This document shows, piece after piece, positions 1-9,497 of a DNA stretch of 64,000 bases (the stretch's first letter is position 1; every line of letters starts with the position of its first letter). Both the position numbers and the translations under genes were made by a program. The DNA is from Burkholderiales bacterium. Lineage in GTDB: Bacteria; Pseudomonadota; Gammaproteobacteria; Burkholderiales; JAHFRG01. The stretch spans positions 1,160-65,159 of the forward strand of contig DASPRE010000002.1 of the NCBI GenBank assembly GCA_035624615.1, written 5' to 3'. The notes under the pieces are model-generated. The model saw only the letters and a list, made by a program, of their open reading frames with translations. It had not been told where the DNA came from and did no database searches.

Positions 1-1
1 A

Positions 2-970
2 ATCAACGGTGACGTGAGTTGGCAGCCGCAGGGGAAAGGAAAGTTGATTGCGCAGCTTGCTAATTTGAACGTTCCGAATCCATTGCCTGAAAAAAAAGAG
101 CAACTGCCCCAGGCAATCCGCAAAAAAAATTACCCTGCACTTGATATATCCGCTGATGACTTTGTGCTGGGCGAAAAGGCGCTTGGCAAACTGGAATTGC
201 AGGCAGTACCACAGGGACGCGACTGGCGCATAGAGAATTTGCATCTGAGCAATCCGGATGGCGTGTTCACTGCGGACGGCGTATGGATTGCGTGGATCAC
301 GCGGCCGCAGACGCAGATCAACATCAAACTATACGTTGCCGATATTGGCAATTTCCTCGCACGGCTCAAGCTTCCTCCGGGTATCAAAGGCGGAACAGCG
401 ACACTGGAAGGTGCTTTGGCCTGGGCCGGCAGTCCGCAGAGCATAGATTATGCAACGCTGTCGGGAAACCTGCACCTTAAAGCCGAAAAAGGACAATTTA
501 CTGAGCTCGAGCCGGGGGCCGCCAAGCTGCTCGGAATTTTGAGCCTGCAAGCGCTGCCGAGGCGGGCAACGCTTGATTTTCACGACATGTTCAGCAAAGG
601 TTTTGTCTTCGATGACATCGAATCGAATCTCAATCTTAACGAGGGCGTAATTACCACCGACAATCTGCGCATCAGGGGTCCGTTAGCAGACATAAAAATG
701 AGCGGCCAAGTCAATATTGTCCAGGAAACGCAGAATCTCAAAATGGAAATGAATCCGAGTTACGCCGACAGTCTTGCGCTGGCAGGCCTACTAATCGCCA
801 ATCCCATTATTGGCGCCACCGCGTTTCTGGTGCAGAAGGCGCTCAAGGACCCGCTTGGGCATATAATCACCTATGAATACAATATTTCAGGTACGTGGTC
901 TGATCCAGTTGTGACGAAATTAACAAGTTCAGCCCCGTCGCCGGAGAAGGAATTGTGGCAGAAGCCTTGA
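2..970 (+). CDS. C-terminal part of a YhdP/AsmA-like large envelope protein; the 5' end lies outside the window
   Basis: The open frame runs from the window edge, so the GTG at 14 is probably internal. The C-terminal region resembles the YhdP/AsmA2 family. It sits upstream of nit and tldD, as yhdP-tldD does in other proteobacteria. Confidence 0.7.
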   Translation: MNGDVSWQPQGKGKLIAQLANLNVPNPLPEKKEQLPQAIRKKNYPALDISADDFVLGEKALGKLELQAVPQGRDWRIENLHLSNPDGVFTADGVWIAWITRPQTQINIKLYVADIGNFLARLKLPPGIKGGTATLEGALAWAGSPQSIDYATLSGNLHLKAEKGQFTELEPGAAKLLGILSLQALPRRATLDFHDMFSKGFVFDDIESNLNLNEGVITTDNLRIRGPLADIKMSGQVNIVQETQNLKMEMNPSYADSLALAGLLIANPIIGATAFLVQKALKDPLGHIITYEYNISGTWSDPVVTKLTSSAPSPEKELWQKP

Positions 971-1048
971 TCCGGTGCGCATCGGGATCAAGTCAGCATT
1001 GCGCTGTACCACAAACGATGCGCTGAGTGTCGAACTGACGATTAATCA

Positions 1049-1900
1049 GTGGATCACAGAAGAAATTTCACGCATACCACCGCGCAATCCGGCACATTTC
1101 GTGTTGCTGGTATACAGATGGCTTCTGGACCCTATGTCGATGGCAATCTGAATGAAGCGGGACGGCTTGTTGCCATGGCGGCGGAACAGGGGGCAAAGCT
1201 AGTGGCCTTGCCCGAATACTTCGCGATCATGGGTATGAAAGACAGGGATAAGGTTGCAGTACGTGAAACCGAGGGCAAAGGACCGATTCAGCAATTTTTA
1301 AGCGATACCGCCAAAAAGCATAAAATATGGCTAGTCGGGGGCTCCGTGCCGCTGGTCGCTTCGGCGCCCGACAAGGTGCGCAATAGCTGCCTGCTCTATG
1401 ACGATGAAGGCGAACTGGTCGCCCGCTACGATAAAATACACTTATTCGGCCTGGACCTAGGCAACGAGCATTATCATGAAGAATCGACCATCGAACCCGG
1501 AAGCGAAGTTGTGGTTGCAAATTCGCCATTTGGCAGGCTGGGTCTCTCGGTCTGCTACGATTTGCGTTTTCCGGAACTGTACCGCGCGATGAAAGAGGTG
1601 GATATCATTCTGGTGCCTTCGGCGTTCACCGAAACAACCGGCAAAGTGCATTGGGAAACACTGATCCGCGCGCGTGCCATTGAAAATCTCGCCTACGTTC
1701 TGGCGCCGGCGCAGGGCGGCTATCATGTAAGCGGCCGGGAGACGCACGGCAACAGCATGATTGTGGATCCGTGGGGCGTAATCTTAGACCGGCTGGCGCG
1801 CGGGTCGGGCGTAGTGATTGCAGGGGTCAACCCGCTTTATCAGACTAGCCTGAGAAAAAGCCTTCCTTCATTGACTCACCGCACCTTGTATCGAATTTGA
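1049..1900 (+). CDS. Carbon-nitrogen hydrolase family protein (Nit/omega-amidase-like)
   Basis: E-K-C catalytic triad contexts are present: ALPEYF, YDKIHLF, LSVCYDLRFPE. The GTG start is needed to keep the conserved N-terminal strand FRVAGIQM. Confidence 0.85.
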   Translation: MDHRRNFTHTTAQSGTFRVAGIQMASGPYVDGNLNEAGRLVAMAAEQGAKLVALPEYFAIMGMKDRDKVAVRETEGKGPIQQFLSDTAKKHKIWLVGGSVPLVASAPDKVRNSCLLYDDEGELVARYDKIHLFGLDLGNEHYHEESTIEPGSEVVVANSPFGRLGLSVCYDLRFPELYRAMKEVDIILVPSAFTETTGKVHWETLIRARAIENLAYVLAPAQGGYHVSGRETHGNSMIVDPWGVILDRLARGSGVVIAGVNPLYQTSLRKSLPSLTHRTLYRI

Positions 1901-1918
1901 TCTGATCGCGAGAAAAAC

Positions 1919-3376
1919 ATGCTAGCCAATACACAGATGGCCCCAACGCCTTTTGAAACTGCAAACCGTTGCCTGCTTACGCCGTACGGGTTGGACAGCA
2001 GCGAGCTGCAGCGCGTTTTCGGTTCCATGCTCTCGCACCGTATTGATTACGCCGATTTGTATTTCCAGATCAACCGAAGCGAGTCATGGAGTCTCGAGGA
2101 AGGCATTGTGAAATCCGGAAGCTTCAACATTGACCAGGGCGTAGGTGTGCGCGCTGTATCAGGTGACAAGACCGCATTCGCCTATTCCGACGACATCAGC
2201 TTGATTGCGCTGGAAACGGCTGCGCAAGCAACACGTGCAATCGCGCGGCAAGGAAGCGAGACGAAAACGCAGGTAGTAAAGCACGGCATGCGGCGTGAGC
2301 TCTATCTTCCGTCTGACCCGCACGCGGGAATTCCTGACGCCAGCAAAGTCGCGCTGCTGGAAAAACTTGAGCAATATGCGCGTCGCATTGACAGCCGCGT
2401 GACGCAGGTAATCGCGCACCTTGGCGGCGAATATGAAGTGGTGCTTGTGGCAAGGAGCGACGGTGTAATGAATGCTGACGTGCGTCCGCTGGTCCGCGTG
2501 TCATTGCAGGTAATCGCCGAACAGCGCGGCCGCAGAGAACAGGGTGTTTCGGGTGGCGGCGGGCGTTTTGACTATACTTACTTCAACGATGAAATTCTGC
2601 AGCGCTATGCTGGACAAGCGGTACATCAAGCGCTCACGAATCTAGAAGCCAAGCCCGCTCCCGCCGGCACCATGACCGTAGTCCTAGGCCCGGGCTGGCC
2701 GGGCGTACTCCTACACGAAGCAGTCGGCCACGGTCTGGAAGGCGACTTCAACCGCAAGGGAAGTTCAGCTTTCAGCGGCCGCATCGGCGAACGTGTCGCT
2801 GCCCCCGGAGTGACGGTGGTTGATGACGGCACCATAATGCACCGCCGCGGTTCGCTTAATATCGATGATGAAGGCAACCCGACGCAGCGAACGGTGTTGA
2901 TCGAGAATGGCGTGCTTAGGTGCTACATGCAGGATTCTCTGAATGCGCGTCTGATGGGAGTCCCGGTTACCGGCAATGGTAGGCGGGAGTCTTACGCTCA
3001 TATTCCGATGCCGCGCATGACGAATACCTTTATGTTAAATGGTGATAAGCACCCTGAGGAAATCATTGGTTCGGTCAAGCACGGCTTGTATGCGGTAAAT
3101 TTTGCTGGTGGCCAAGTAGACATCGTAAGCGGAAAATTCGTATTTTCCACTGCAGAAGCGTACATTATCAAAAACGGTAAAATCAGCCATCCGGTTAGGG
3201 GTGCGACCCTGATCGGCAACGGCCCAGACGTATTGACCCGCGTTTCGATGATCGGCAATGATATGTCGCTTGATCCCGGTATTGGCACTTGCGGGAAAGA
3301 AGGGCAAAGCGTGCCGGTCGGAGTGGGACAACCAACGCTGCGGATCGACGGTTTGACGGTAGGCGGGACGCTTTAG
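1919..3376 (+). CDS. tldD: Metalloprotease TldD
   Basis: 485 aa with the HEAVGHGLE zinc motif and the [15 protein letters not shown]-terminus typical of TldD. Confidence 0.92.
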   Translation: MLANTQMAPTPFETANRCLLTPYGLDSSELQRVFGSMLSHRIDYADLYFQINRSESWSLEEGIVKSGSFNIDQGVGVRAVSGDKTAFAYSDDISLIALETAAQATRAIARQGSETKTQVVKHGMRRELYLPSDPHAGIPDASKVALLEKLEQYARRIDSRVTQVIAHLGGEYEVVLVARSDGVMNADVRPLVRVSLQVIAEQRGRREQGVSGGGGRFDYTYFNDEILQRYAGQAVHQALTNLEAKPAPAGTMTVVLGPGWPGVLLHEAVGHGLEGDFNRKGSSAFSGRIGERVAAPGVTVVDDGTIMHRRGSLNIDDEGNPTQRTVLIENGVLRCYMQDSLNARLMGVPVTGNGRRESYAHIPMPRMTNTFMLNGDKHPEEIIGSVKHGLYAVNFAGGQVDIVSGKFVFSTAEAYIIKNGKISHPVRGATLIGNGPDVLTRVSMIGNDMSLDPGIGTCGKEGQSVPVGVGQPTLRIDGLTVGGTL

Positions 3377-3406
3377 CGGTTAACTAGTTAACGGAATAGA
3401 AAGCAT

Positions 3407-4591
3407 ATGCTCGATCGCGGAAACAGAACTTTTATCTGCAGCGTGATATTCGCGGATATTGTGGAATATTCGAAGAAACCGGTTGCAGATCAAATGAAGC
3501 TGAAAGACGAATTCAACTCGCTTATTTCCGAAGCGATCAAAGAAGTAGCGGCGAGTGACCGCATTATCCTAGATACCGGAGATGGCGTGGCAATCAGCTT
3601 CCTCGGTGCTCCCGAAGAAGCGCTGTTCGTCGCCATAAATCTGCGAGATGTGCTGGCCAGCAACCAAACGTCCAGCGACCTGAACGCGCGCATCGGGATC
3701 AATCTCGGTCCAGTACGCGTAGTCAAGGATATTAATGGTCAGCCAAACATCATAGGCGATGGCATCAACGTCGCGCAGCGGGTGATGAGCTTTGCTCAAC
3801 CTGGTGAAATACTGGTATCGCGGTCATACTACGAAGTCGTTTCGCATTTGTCACAGGAATATTCCCTATTATTCGAGTATCAGGGGGCGCGCGCGGATAA
3901 ACATGTGCGCGAGCACGAAGTTTATGTGGTCGGTTCGCCCAGCAAGAATATTAAGATGTGGGCTACGGGGAGCAAGGACAAAGCGCACAGTACTGATGCC
4001 ATGCAGGCGACGCACTCGGCCACACCGGCCGCTTTTACAGAAACGATCATTCATAAAACGGGGGCTAGCAGGAAGATCCTGTACACCGGCCTATCTCTTG
4101 TTGTTTTGGCCGCCCTGGTACTTACTTTCCGCGGTGGAAATGGGGAGACTGAATCGAGCAAATCCCAAGCCGCCCCGGAGAATAACCCTGCACCAACTGC
4201 ACGACAGGAAGTTGCCAAGCCTACCCAGCGTGCTCCGGCGCCGGTTGTGACCGAGGTTCAGCAGCCAATTGCGGCACCGCCTGAAACCAAGCGCGAGCGC
4301 AGCAAAACTGTTACTACTCCCGCGAAAAAGACCGAGAAACTAGCGGAAGCTCCGCCAGCTGCTACAATTTTGTCTGCCGGCTCTCCAGTGGTGATTGCAC
4401 TGGCGATCAATCCATGGGGTGAGGTATATCTGGATGGAAAGAAGATGGGGGTCAGCCCGCCGCTCAAGGTGCTTGAGGTTACACCCGGGAAACATACCAT
4501 AGAAATAAAAAATACCTCTTTTGCCAGTCATAGCGAAACGTTGGAAGTCAAGCTAAACGACCACCTTAAAATAACGCACGAGTTCCGCTAG
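3407..4591 (+). CDS. Class III adenylate/guanylate cyclase domain protein with a TM segment, Pro/Ala-rich linker and C-terminal PEGA domain
   Basis: N-terminal cyclase homology domain (VIFADIVEYS, LDTGDGVAISF, GDGINVAQRV). One hydrophobic helix (ILYTGLSLVVLAALVLTF). PEGA-like C-terminus (GEVYLDGKKMGVSPP...VTPGKHTIEIKN). Confidence 0.8.
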   Translation: MLDRGNRTFICSVIFADIVEYSKKPVADQMKLKDEFNSLISEAIKEVAASDRIILDTGDGVAISFLGAPEEALFVAINLRDVLASNQTSSDLNARIGINLGPVRVVKDINGQPNIIGDGINVAQRVMSFAQPGEILVSRSYYEVVSHLSQEYSLLFEYQGARADKHVREHEVYVVGSPSKNIKMWATGSKDKAHSTDAMQATHSATPAAFTETIIHKTGASRKILYTGLSLVVLAALVLTFRGGNGETESSKSQAAPENNPAPTARQEVAKPTQRAPAPVVTEVQQPIAAPPETKRERSKTVTTPAKKTEKLAEAPPAATILSAGSPVVIALAINPWGEVYLDGKKMGVSPPLKVLEVTPGKHTIEIKNTSFASHSETLEVKLNDHLKITHEFR

Positions 4592-4606
4592 AGGAGAGGT
4601 GGAAAC

Positions 4607-4996
4607 ATGCTGAAATCCAGGCTATGGGTGCAGTTGGCCGTAGTAGCCGTGCTGTGCACCGGGTGCGCCGCTATTGAGGATTACCGTCCTGCTTGGATAT
4701 ATGGCAATGGCGCGCCGGAACTTTCAGCGGGAATCAAAAGTTACGACGAAGGCAAATATGCTGAAGCGCGCACTAGCCTGACAACCGCCTTGGATGAGGG
4801 GTTGAACTTTGAGCGCGATCGAGTCAAAGCGCATAAATATCTGGCGTTCATTTACTGCATTACCGGCAAAGAGAAACAGTGCCGCGAGGAATTCAAAAAA
4901 ATTCTGGAAATAAACCCCGATTTCGAACTGCAACCCGCCGAAGCCGGCCACCCGTTGTGGGGCCCGGTATTCCGCAGCGTCAAGCAAAAAAAATAA
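4607..4996 (+). CDS. Small probable lipoprotein with a TPR-like helical repeat
   Basis: Signal peptide ending in LCTGC. TPR-like segment (YDEGKYAEARTSLTTAL...AHKYLAFIYCITGKEKQCREEFKKILEINPDF). Starts 15 nt after the cyclase stop. Confidence 0.6.
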   Translation: MLKSRLWVQLAVVAVLCTGCAAIEDYRPAWIYGNGAPELSAGIKSYDEGKYAEARTSLTTALDEGLNFERDRVKAHKYLAFIYCITGKEKQCREEFKKILEINPDFELQPAEAGHPLWGPVFRSVKQKK

Positions 4997-5181
4997 AAAA
5001 TCCGCTCGCTTCCTAGTGATTTATTGGCAGCCGACTCCTAGCAGCACTGGCTCGCGCACCCGGATGATTTCCGCGGTCCGGCGTCCTGCCACCAAACAAG
5101 CCCGGACGGCCTGCTGGCTTATTCGATAGAATATTCCGTTTATGAACCTATTCCTGATCCTAAAAAGCGCCGGACCCAAAC

Positions 5182-6297
5182 ATGATTCTTATTCTGAATG
5201 AAAATGCGGATAGTAGAAGCACCGAGTTTCTGCAACTCATGGAACACTTAGCTGCTCTTCCCAATATTAAAAGCCGGGTGCACCGCGAGCAAGGTACCGA
5301 ACGTGTGGTGACCGAGGTTTATCTCATCGGCAACACCAGCTCACTGCAAATCGAGGACATGAAAAACCTCCCGTGCGTGGAGCGCGTAGTCAGAGTATCG
5401 GAGGAATACCGGGTTCTGGGACGGCACAAAGACGACAACCGGCCTACCTGGTTCGATTACAACGGGGTGCGATTCGGGCAGGATACATTGCATATCGTCG
5501 CCGGCTTGTGCGCGGTGGATACACCCGAACACGTGGAAATCATGATGAGGGAACTCCAACGTAACGGCCTAGTGTGCACGCGCATGGGCGCATACAAGCC
5601 GCGCACGAGCCCATATTCATTTCAGGGTCACGGGAAATCCTGTTTGCCCTACGTATTCAAACTGGCGGGCAAATACGGGATCAAGGTCATCGCCATGGAA
5701 GTCACGCACGAATCGCACGTTGACGAGATTCGCGAAGCGTTGCAGAAAACTGGCAGTCCCACCGGCGTGATGCTGCAAATCGGCACGCGCAATACTCAAA
5801 ATTTCGAACTGTTGAAGAGCGTCGGGCGACAGCAGGATTTCCCGGTGCTGCTGAAGCGAGGATTTGGTATCACCCTCGACGAATCGTTGAACGCTGCGGA
5901 GTACCTGGCATCTGAAGGCAACCGCAAAGTGGTGTTTGGCCTGCGCGGAATGAAGAGCAATTTGGGGGATCCACACCGCAATTTCGTCGATTTTTCCCAT
6001 GTGCCGGTGGTCAAGCGCTTGACGCGTATGCCGGTATGCATCGACCCTTCGCATGCAATAGGCTCCCGCAGCATGGGGCCGGAAGGAATTCTCGATATCA
6101 TGCATGCGACAGCGCAGGGCGTAGTCGCCGGTGCAAATATGATCTTGGTGGATTTTCATCCCGTGCCCGGAAAAGCTTTGGTGGATGGCCCTCAGGCGCT
6201 GCTAGTCAGCGAACTGCCGCAGTTTATCGAAGATGTGCGAATATCCAGGGAAGCCTATCAAAATCGGGTGGCGGCGGCAGCGCGTCACAAAAATTAG
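5182..6297 (+). CDS. 3-deoxy-7-phosphoheptulonate (DAHP) synthase, type I-beta, with an N-terminal ferredoxin-like regulatory domain
   Basis: The core resembles the KDO8P/DAHPS I-beta family (GLCAVD, RMGAYKPRTSPYSFQG, KRG, IDPSH). An N-terminal extension of about 90 aa resembles the Thermotoga-type regulated enzyme. Confidence 0.85.
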   Translation: MILILNENADSRSTEFLQLMEHLAALPNIKSRVHREQGTERVVTEVYLIGNTSSLQIEDMKNLPCVERVVRVSEEYRVLGRHKDDNRPTWFDYNGVRFGQDTLHIVAGLCAVDTPEHVEIMMRELQRNGLVCTRMGAYKPRTSPYSFQGHGKSCLPYVFKLAGKYGIKVIAMEVTHESHVDEIREALQKTGSPTGVMLQIGTRNTQNFELLKSVGRQQDFPVLLKRGFGITLDESLNAAEYLASEGNRKVVFGLRGMKSNLGDPHRNFVDFSHVPVVKRLTRMPVCIDPSHAIGSRSMGPEGILDIMHATAQGVVAGANMILVDFHPVPGKALVDGPQALLVSELPQFIEDVRISREAYQNRVAAAARHKN

Positions 6298-6361
6298 TCC
6301 ATTTTCATGGGCAGGCAAGGGCTGGTAGACTACGCAAAGCACGAACAGGGGCGCGTTGATA

Positions 6362-6883
6362 ATGACAGAGAATTCCATCAATAGTCGGCTTGTAGCACTG
6401 GAGCATCTTGGAAACGGGACGGTGGTCGCTGAACAGATCTTCAGGACGATCGGGCATTCGCCGTTTTTTGCCGAACTGGACGGCGAAGATGTCGCGAAGC
6501 TGGCAAGTATCATGCAGGTGTACCGGGCTCAGCCTGGAGAGGTTGTTATTCGCGAAGACGACGCCGGCGATTTCATGCTGTTGTTGATCCAGGGACAGAT
6601 GGATATATTCAAGAAAGGCCTGCGCGGCAATGAACTGCACATGACCTCGGTGTTGCCGGGAATGACTGTCGGCGAAATGTCCATGATAGATGGAGAGCCG
6701 CGTTTTGCGACTTGTATCGCGAAAGAAACCGCTACCTTTGCGGTTCTGACCCGGGATAGCATGGTGAAAATAATTCTTGATCAGCCGAGACTGGGTGCAA
6801 AAATGCTGATTAAGCTGGTAACGTTGCTGTCGCAGCGCCTGCGCCAGACAAGCCAAAAGCTGCTGGATTACATGGTCAGATAA
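6362..6883 (+). CDS. Stand-alone cyclic-nucleotide-binding (CAP effector-type) domain protein
   Basis: cNMP-binding beta-roll motif GEMSMIDGEPRFATCIA. No recognisable output domain. ATG at 6362 is preferred over the TTG at 6356. Confidence 0.75.
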   Translation: MTENSINSRLVALEHLGNGTVVAEQIFRTIGHSPFFAELDGEDVAKLASIMQVYRAQPGEVVIREDDAGDFMLLLIQGQMDIFKKGLRGNELHMTSVLPGMTVGEMSMIDGEPRFATCIAKETATFAVLTRDSMVKIILDQPRLGAKMLIKLVTLLSQRLRQTSQKLLDYMVR

Positions 6884-6904
6884 AGCGGTCCGCGCTTTTC
6901 CTTC

Positions 6905-7804
6905 TTGAATTTACATTTCTCTTCGCCGCGCCATAGCGGCGTCAAAATTTTATCCGCAATTGCGGTAATCTTCTTAGAACTTTCTTCGGTCTCGGCTGCA
7001 CCCATTGTCGTGACGGACGACCGCGGCGAGACCTTGGCGCTGAACCCCCCGGTGCAGCGCATCGTGGCTTTGGCACCTTTTATTACTGAACTGGTGTTTG
7101 CAGCCGGTGCTGGGGGCAAACTGGTGGGGGTCAGCGAATACAGCGATTATCCGCAACAGGCGGAGAGCATCGTTCGGATAGGAGACGCGGCCCACGCCGA
7201 CCTCGAGCGCATCGCCGCGCTGCAACCTGATCTGGTTTTGGCGTGGAAAAGTGGCAATCATGCGGGAGATATCACCAAGTTGGAATATTTTGGTATTAAA
7301 GTTTTCGTCATGGAACCCATAAAATTATCAGATATCCCGCGCCTGCTACGCGGCATCGGAGAACTGGCGAGGACGTCGGACACGGCTGAAGCCGCGGCAA
7401 GGCATTTCGAATCCAAGCTCGAAATGTTGAGGGATCAGTACAGCATGAGGCGACCGGTTACTGTGTTTTATGAAATCTGGAATGAGCCGCTGATGACCAT
7501 TAATGGTGCGCATATGATCAGCAGCGTGTTGCGTCTTTGCGGGGGGGTCAACCCATTTGCAGCATCGCGTGCACTCACACCGATAATCTCTGCCGAGAGC
7601 CTGGTGGCAGCCGATCCGGAAGTGATCATGACCGGCATTGCGCGGGATGCTGATTGGCAACGCTTTGCGATGCTAAAGGCAGTACGCGATCACCGAGTCT
7701 TTTTTGTGCCGCCGGATTTGCTAGAACGTCAATCGACGAGAATTCTGCAAGGAGCTAACGAGATTTGCCGGCAATTGGACAAGGTGCGGCAAGCAGACAA
7801 TTGA
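6905..7804 (+). CDS. Periplasmic cobalamin/siderophore-type ABC substrate-binding protein (BtuF-like)
   Basis: Signal peptide followed by RIVALAPFITELVFAAGAGGKLVGVSEYSDYP, typical of the BtuF/FecB cluster. TTG start. Convergent with the adenosyltransferase gene. Confidence 0.75.
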   Translation: MNLHFSSPRHSGVKILSAIAVIFLELSSVSAAPIVVTDDRGETLALNPPVQRIVALAPFITELVFAAGAGGKLVGVSEYSDYPQQAESIVRIGDAAHADLERIAALQPDLVLAWKSGNHAGDITKLEYFGIKVFVMEPIKLSDIPRLLRGIGELARTSDTAEAAARHFESKLEMLRDQYSMRRPVTVFYEIWNEPLMTINGAHMISSVLRLCGGVNPFAASRALTPIISAESLVAADPEVIMTGIARDADWQRFAMLKAVRDHRVFFVPPDLLERQSTRILQGANEICRQLDKVRQADN

Positions 7805-7902
7805 GAGACCCGTTCACGTGCTGGAAAATAAAACGCGCATTGTGCGACCCGGTGGTGCGATGCAAGGGCTAGCGTCCGAGGATGATGACAGCTTTCAGTA
7901 GT

Positions 7903-8454
7903 CTAAAGGTTCTTATTTTTTCCCGGCTGCCATAAAATTTCCCCGCCTTCGCGGTTGAGCACACGCCCAATGACAAACAGCAGGTCGGAAAGACGATTGA
8001 TGTAATTACGGGACAGTTCGGATACTTTCTCCGACTTGGATAGTTTCACCAGACTGCGCTCGGCACGGCGACACACCGTGCGCGCGAGATGCGCAAGGCT
8101 TGCACTGCGCGAGCCGCCAGGGAGGATGAACTCCTTGAGTGGCGGCAGATCGGTGTTAAATGAATCGAGCGTTTTTTCCAGGCGTTCAACCTGTCCTTGC
8201 GTGATAGCGACATGGCCAGGCATGCATAGCTCTCCACCGAGATCGAACAGATCGTGCTGCATATCGGTTAGACATGCCCTCACCTCGGGTGGCAGGTTTT
8301 CAGCAAGCAATATACCGATGGAGGAATTCAATTCGTCAATTTCGCCGATCACTTCGATGCGCAGACTATCCTTGCCAATGCGCGTCCCGTCGCCCAGACT
8401 GGTGCTGCCGTTATCGCCGGTGCGAGTATAAATTTTTGTCAGTCGATGCCCCAT
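7903..8454 (-). CDS. ATP:cob(I)alamin adenosyltransferase, PduO type
   Basis: The N-terminus KIYTRTGDNGSTSL and length of about 183 aa are typical of the PduO/MMAB family. Confidence 0.85.
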   Translation of the reverse strand: MGHRLTKIYTRTGDNGSTSLGDGTRIGKDSLRIEVIGEIDELNSSIGILLAENLPPEVRACLTDMQHDLFDLGGELCMPGHVAITQGQVERLEKTLDSFNTDLPPLKEFILPGGSRSASLAHLARTVCRRAERSLVKLSKSEKVSELSRNYINRLSDLLFVIGRVLNREGGEILWQPGKNKNL

Positions 8455-8706
8455 TATGCTTCCTCGGTACTTGCTAAATGATTATATGCATTAAGTACCG
8501 GGCTGAACAGTACGAAGGTCCGGGGCAGCCTGGTTAAGCACTATTGTTCCGCTAAAAACGGCCGTCGACCACCGTGGAGTTCGATTGCGGATACGGGAGA
8601 GACGCGCTACTAAATGCCTTCGCCAACTCGCGCGGGTCACCATTGACCTCTAGCCGAGTATCCTTTAAAGTGCCGCAATCCGATTTACTCTGCTGTCAAG
8701 ACCAAT

Positions 8707-9030
8707 ATGAAAAACACCGTACAATTCATTCTCTGCGCAATACTGATGTTGACCGTATCTGCATTTGCCCAAGCCACCGGCGACCCTGAGCGTGGAAGCC
8801 AAAAAAAATCAATGTGCGCGGGCTGCCACGGCATTGCTGACTGGCGCACCGCTTACCCGGATGTTTACAGCGTGCCCAGGCTCGGCGGCCAACATGCTGC
8901 CTATATCGTCAAAGCACTGTCGGCCTACAAGTCCGGCGCGCGCAAACATCCGACAATGAACGCCATCGCCAGCAGCTTGACTGAACAGGACATGGCGGAT
9001 CTGGCTGCCTATTATTCCGGCGGCAATTAA
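8707..9030 (+). CDS. Monoheme class I cytochrome c (c4-half / c552-like), exported
   Basis: Signal peptide, CAGCH heme motif, PTMNA Met-ligand context. Confidence 0.85.
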   Translation: MKNTVQFILCAILMLTVSAFAQATGDPERGSQKKSMCAGCHGIADWRTAYPDVYSVPRLGGQHAAYIVKALSAYKSGARKHPTMNAIASSLTEQDMADLAAYYSGGN

Positions 9031-9063
9031 TTCAACACGATTTGGGCACAGGGGAATAAAGAA

Positions 9064-9390
9064 ATGAATAAACTGGTAATTGTTGCAGCAGCAAGCGCGT
9101 TTTCACTGGTTGCAGGCCATTGTTTTGCTGAGGGTGATGCCGCAACCGGCAAGCAGAAATCCGCCGCGTGCGCGGCGTGCCACGGGGCGGACGGAAATAG
9201 CGCTGCACCCGACTTCCCGCGCATTGCCGGGCAGCAGCCGGATTACATCGTGCATGCGCTCTCCGCTTACAAATCGGGCGCACGCAAGGATCCCATTATG
9301 AATGCAATGGCGGCGAGTCTTTCCGAGCAGGATATCGAAAACCTCGCTGCGTATTTTTCCGATCAGAAAGGCTTGGTAGTAAAATACTGA
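9064..9390 (+). CDS. Monoheme class I cytochrome c, tandem paralog of the preceding gene
   Basis: Signal peptide, CAACH heme motif. Shares the ALSAYKSGARK-P-MNA...SL-EQD...LAAY block with 8707-9030. Confidence 0.85.
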   Translation: MNKLVIVAAASAFSLVAGHCFAEGDAATGKQKSAACAACHGADGNSAAPDFPRIAGQQPDYIVHALSAYKSGARKDPIMNAMAASLSEQDIENLAAYFSDQKGLVVKY

Positions 9391-9497
9391 GCTTGAATGG
9401 CAAGAGAAAAGCGCGGGCCTTTTTTACTAGAGCAACTCAGCGGCGCACAGAATAAACCAAACCAAGCCGACCACGGAGGTTTATGACCATCTGTGGC

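Noticed and set aside
3407-6883. Cyclase plus cNMP-binding protein as a Pycsar/CBASS-like anti-phage signalling system.
   Set aside because: The cyclase is a membrane PEGA-domain protein, not a compact PycC or CD-NTase. The cNMP-binding protein has no TM, TIR or other killing effector domain. Two unrelated genes (lipoprotein, DAHP synthase) separate them, and the surroundings are core genes. The architecture does not fit known defence systems.
8455-8706. Possible cobalamin riboswitch in the 252-nt region upstream of the PduO-type adenosyltransferase gene, near the btuF-like gene.
   Set aside because: I read both strands looking for the B12-box (AGYCMGgAgaCCkGCc-like) and the conserved GCCACTG/GGGAAGGC core. 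I found only vague partial resemblances (GGCGAAGGC, GCTGCCCCGG). btuF has only a 21-nt upstream spacer. A covariance-model scan (Rfam RF00174) would be decisive. Without it the call is unsupported.
9391-9497. Terminator between the second cytochrome c gene and the convergent DUF1841 gene (AAAAGCGCGGGCCTTTTTT).
   Set aside because: The T-run is present, but the preceding sequence does not form a convincing GC stem (only A:U pairs flank a non-self-complementary GCGCGGGCC core). I could not support a hairpin.
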